From a virus (lineage: Duplodnaviria; Caudoviricetes), in IMG/VR virus record IMGVR_UViG_3300028586_000743, positions 1-34,285 of that record: DNA of 34,285 nt; one strand, given 5' to 3'. The translations under genes were made by a program, and so were the position numbers. Under the pieces are notes generated by a model that saw only the letters and a list, made by a program, of their open reading frames with translations, was not told where the DNA came from and did not search any database. This document shows, piece by piece, positions 33,725-34,285 of this stretch; the first letter of the stretch is position 1, and each line of letters begins with the position of its first letter.

Positions 33725-34285
33725 TCACCCTCCCCACGTAGAAATACCGGAAACAGCGGGAACGCCCGTCGTCTCTGGCTTGCAGTCATTATTAAGAAGT
33801 GCAGGAACAGCCACTTTCAGGCCGTGCGCATCGGCGAAACCACACTCGTCCAGGCGGGCATGCCAGCGTTCCAACGCCTCGCGCCGACGCTCCATTGCGT
33901 CACGGGTCAGGTAGGTTTCGGTGGTCACACCCAGCGCGTGGTTGATCAGCAGCTCACCCACCATGTGATCGACGCCAATGTCCGCCAGGCTGGAGCGCAT
34001 CAGCTTGCGCAGGTCATGGCTCGTCCACTGCCGGCCACTCACCTCACGCATCAGGGCGTGGCCACTGGTGAGCGCCATGCCAGCACCACCCCGCACCGGG
34101 AACAGCCAGGCCGTTCTCAGGCGAGCATCAGGCAGCGCCTCGCGGTACCTGCGCAGCAGGCTGATCACCTGGGCAGTCAGCGGCAGCACGTGTTCACGAC
34201 GGCTCTTCGTGTTCGCCTCCGGTATCACCCACACCCGCTCATCCAGCGACACATGCCCCCAGCGCGCCGCCAGCGTCTCGGCAAT
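33725..34285 (-). CDS. Tyrosine recombinase, C-terminal catalytic part (start outside the window)
   Basis: Motifs NTKS, WLFP, SHDLRK, LINH and TYL. The frame is open to the window edge (IAETL...). Confidence 0.9.
   Translation of the reverse strand: MAETLAARWGHVSLDERVWVIPEANTKSRREHVLPLTAQVISLLRRYREALPDARLRTAWLFPVRGGAGMALTSGHALMREVSGRQWTSHDLRKLMRSSLADIGVDHMVGELLINHALGVTTETYLTRDAMERRREALERWHARLDECGFADAHGLKVAVPALLNNDCKPETTGVPAVSGISTWGG

Larger units (their letters stand above)
7574..34285 (-). mobile_element. Lambda-like siphoviral prophage (late region, continues beyond the window)
   Basis: Colinear Q-holin-cos-terminase-portal-capsid-tail-lysis genes ending at a tRNA fragment. No sheath or baseplate wedge genes. 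No obvious disruptions. Confidence 0.95.

Overview
This window holds Pseudomonas-type DNA made of stacked mobile elements at a tRNA-Pro(GGG) integration site. Positions 7574-34285 are the late half of a lambda-like (cos-packaging, long non-contractile tail) prophage, almost all on the minus strand. In transcription order it carries a tyrosine recombinase, RusA, Q with a pR'/tR'-like late promoter, two holins, a cos-like site, terminase, portal, a protease-capsid fusion, tail genes with a -1 frameshifted chaperone, the tape measure, a multi-gene fibre/receptor-binding cluster, a lambda-R endolysin and Rz/Rz1. It ends at a 45-bp 3' tRNA-Pro fragment (att core) with an adjacent IHF site. Two divergent morons (DUF4124-like and WYL-TerB) sit inside the tail operon around a LexA-box-like site. 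Positions ~3570-7573 are a second accessory segment: one LexA box between a miniature SRAP gene and a umuD-like/umuC pair whose UmuD lacks its catalytic Ser/Lys, plus AT-rich LprI-like and membrane-protein cargo. Positions 1-2337 carry a QslA-like antiactivator, radC with a structured leader, and an NYN-LOTUS gene truncated by an IS3 element that has no target duplication. The best leads are the segmented fibre cluster with a shared N-terminal GGxLRQ motif, the WYL-TerB moron, and the dead-UmuD/mini-SRAP SOS module. All family calls come from motif recognition by eye; no searches were run.
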